A DNA stretch of 64,000 nucleotides from an uncultured delta proteobacterium (lineage in GTDB: Bacteria > Desulfobacterota > Binatia > UBA9968), in the NCBI GenBank assembly GCA_963728565.1, contig CAVSLC010000005.1, positions 32,001 to 96,000 on the forward strand, in the 5' to 3' direction. How positions within the stretch are numbered: the stretch's first letter is position 1; every line of letters begins with the position of its first letter. Positions 62,683 to 64,000 of this stretch are shown piece after piece. The notes beneath the pieces were generated by a model that saw only the letters and a list, made by a program, of their open reading frames with translations, made no database searches and was not told the origin of the DNA. The position numbers were made by a program, and so were the translations under genes.

Positions 62683-64000
62683 TTATTCAAGTTGTCCAGA
62701 AAACGCGAGCGCACCTTGCAACTGTTCATCGACTCTGAGGAGATCACGGCGTTTGCAGCCGTTGAACCGTTCCGCGGCACACTGTGCCCAGCGAAGCGCC
62801 AAGTTGCCGAGGCGCGGGTGGATGCGCTGACAGGGAGAAAGCGTTCCGGTCACCCACTGCCTGAATATCCCGCCATGCATACGGACGATTTCATCCTCGA
62901 GTGAAAAAATCATCTCATAGCTGCCGGGTTCGCCTTGGCGGCCACAGCGTCCCCAGAGCTGTCGGTCAACGCGACGCGAATCGTGCGGTTCAGTCCCGAT
63001 GACGTGCAGGCCTCCCAGCTCTGCCACGCCCGGAGCTAGGCGAATATCGGTGCCGCGGCCGGCCATGTTGGTTGCCACAGTGATCTGGCCCCATGCCCCC
63101 GCCTCGGCTATGACCGCGGCCTCTGCCTCGTCCTGGCGGGCGTTGAGCACACGATGCGGCACCCCGGCGGCGCTGAGTAGCTTGCTGCAAGATTCCGAGG
63201 CAGCTACCGACTTCGTGCCGATCAGGATAGGTCTCTGCCCGGTTCTAAGCTCGATGACCCGCGCAACGACGGCCTGCCACTTCGCTTCCGCTGTCGGGTA
63301 GACGCGATCACCCAAATGCACGCGGCGCGGCGCATGGTGTGTGGGTACGCGGACAACTGCCAGACCGTAGACCGACCAGAGTTCGCCGCGCACTTCACGG
63401 GCCGTGCCCGTCATGCCCGCGAGACGGCGGTAACGCCGAAAAAAGTGTTGGTAACTAATGCGTGACAACGGATCATTGGGCGCCGTGATCGCGCAGCCTT
63501 CTTTGATCTCGATCAGCTGATGCAGACTGTGCTCCCACGACCGATCTGCCATGATTCGCCCGGTATTCTCGTCGATGATTTGGATCTTGCCGTCCTTGAG
63601 CAAGTAGTGTGTGTCGCGGTGCATCAAGTGAAGCGCCGTCAAGCGCTTGACACACAAGCTCCTCGCGGCGCCAGGAGTTTACGAGAGAGGCATGGGACTG
63701 AAAAGATCCGACGGATCTTGCCCGACCGGACTCGGTTAAATGGATCAGCCGTTCACGCCCATCGATGGTGAAATCGATGCCGGTCTCGAGCTCGCCGGCG
63801 GCGCACCATGCGGCCTGATAATCGCCGCCGGCCTCCGCGCCATCGCTCGCCGGTTTGGAAATGATCAAAGGCGTGCGCGCCTCATCGATCATCACGCTGT
63901 CGGCCTCGTCCACTATGGCGAAATGCAGTCCTCGCAACAGCAACTGGGGTCGGTGCGACGGCGCAAGAGCGAGGCGCGCGATGTGTAATTGAAGCCGTCC
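62683..64000 (-). CDS. SecA-like DEAD ATPase lacking the SecA C-terminal domains; 5' end outside the window; frameshift near 63655
   Basis: AIVDEADSVMIDEARTPLIIS, IIDENTGR, LAGMTGTA, VLNA, TVATNMAGRGTDI and RRVDRQLWGRCGRQGEPG..SLED; stop ~60 aa after SLED. Confidence 0.88.

Noticed and set aside
1-64000. CRISPR array, tRNA, rRNA, integrase or transposase
   Set aside because: No regularly spaced direct repeats, cloverleafs or recombinase motifs found by eye; the tRNA-like ends at 60743 and 61093 belong to tmRNA

Overview
Bacterial chromosomal window of moderately high GC. Gene content and order (a STAS gene inside the dcw cluster, zinc-ribbon/rnhA/rnpB order, a pan leader, many MFS/TAXI/LLM/amidohydrolase/thiolase genes) suggest a deltaproteobacterial-type lineage such as Candidatus Binatia; this is inference only. 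1-30 kb is accessory, transport and catabolic: MFS, DMT, a Kef-type antiporter, a TAXI-TRAP system with two binding proteins, ilvD, two exported SlyD-like PPIases, an LLM oxidoreductase, a thiolase/DUF35 pair, rhomboid, M23 peptidase and an FAD oxidoreductase. 30.6-61 kb is core: zinc-ribbon gene, a decayed RNase HI relic absent from the ORF track, RNase P RNA, the dcw cluster (mraZ to ftsZ, ddl displaced and inverted), a LivK-like protein, acpS, mtnA, glutamate-cysteine ligase, nagZ, deoxynucleoside kinase, panBC, smpB and tmRNA. After tmRNA come a ~240-nt rod-like inverted repeat and the 3' end of an operon encoding a C-terminally shortened SecA-like ATPase plus an RND/HlyD-type adaptor, which is the best candidate for a poorly described system. 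Many single-base frameshifts, including in murB and rsmH, look like sequencing indels. No tRNA, rRNA, CRISPR array or intact transposase was seen.
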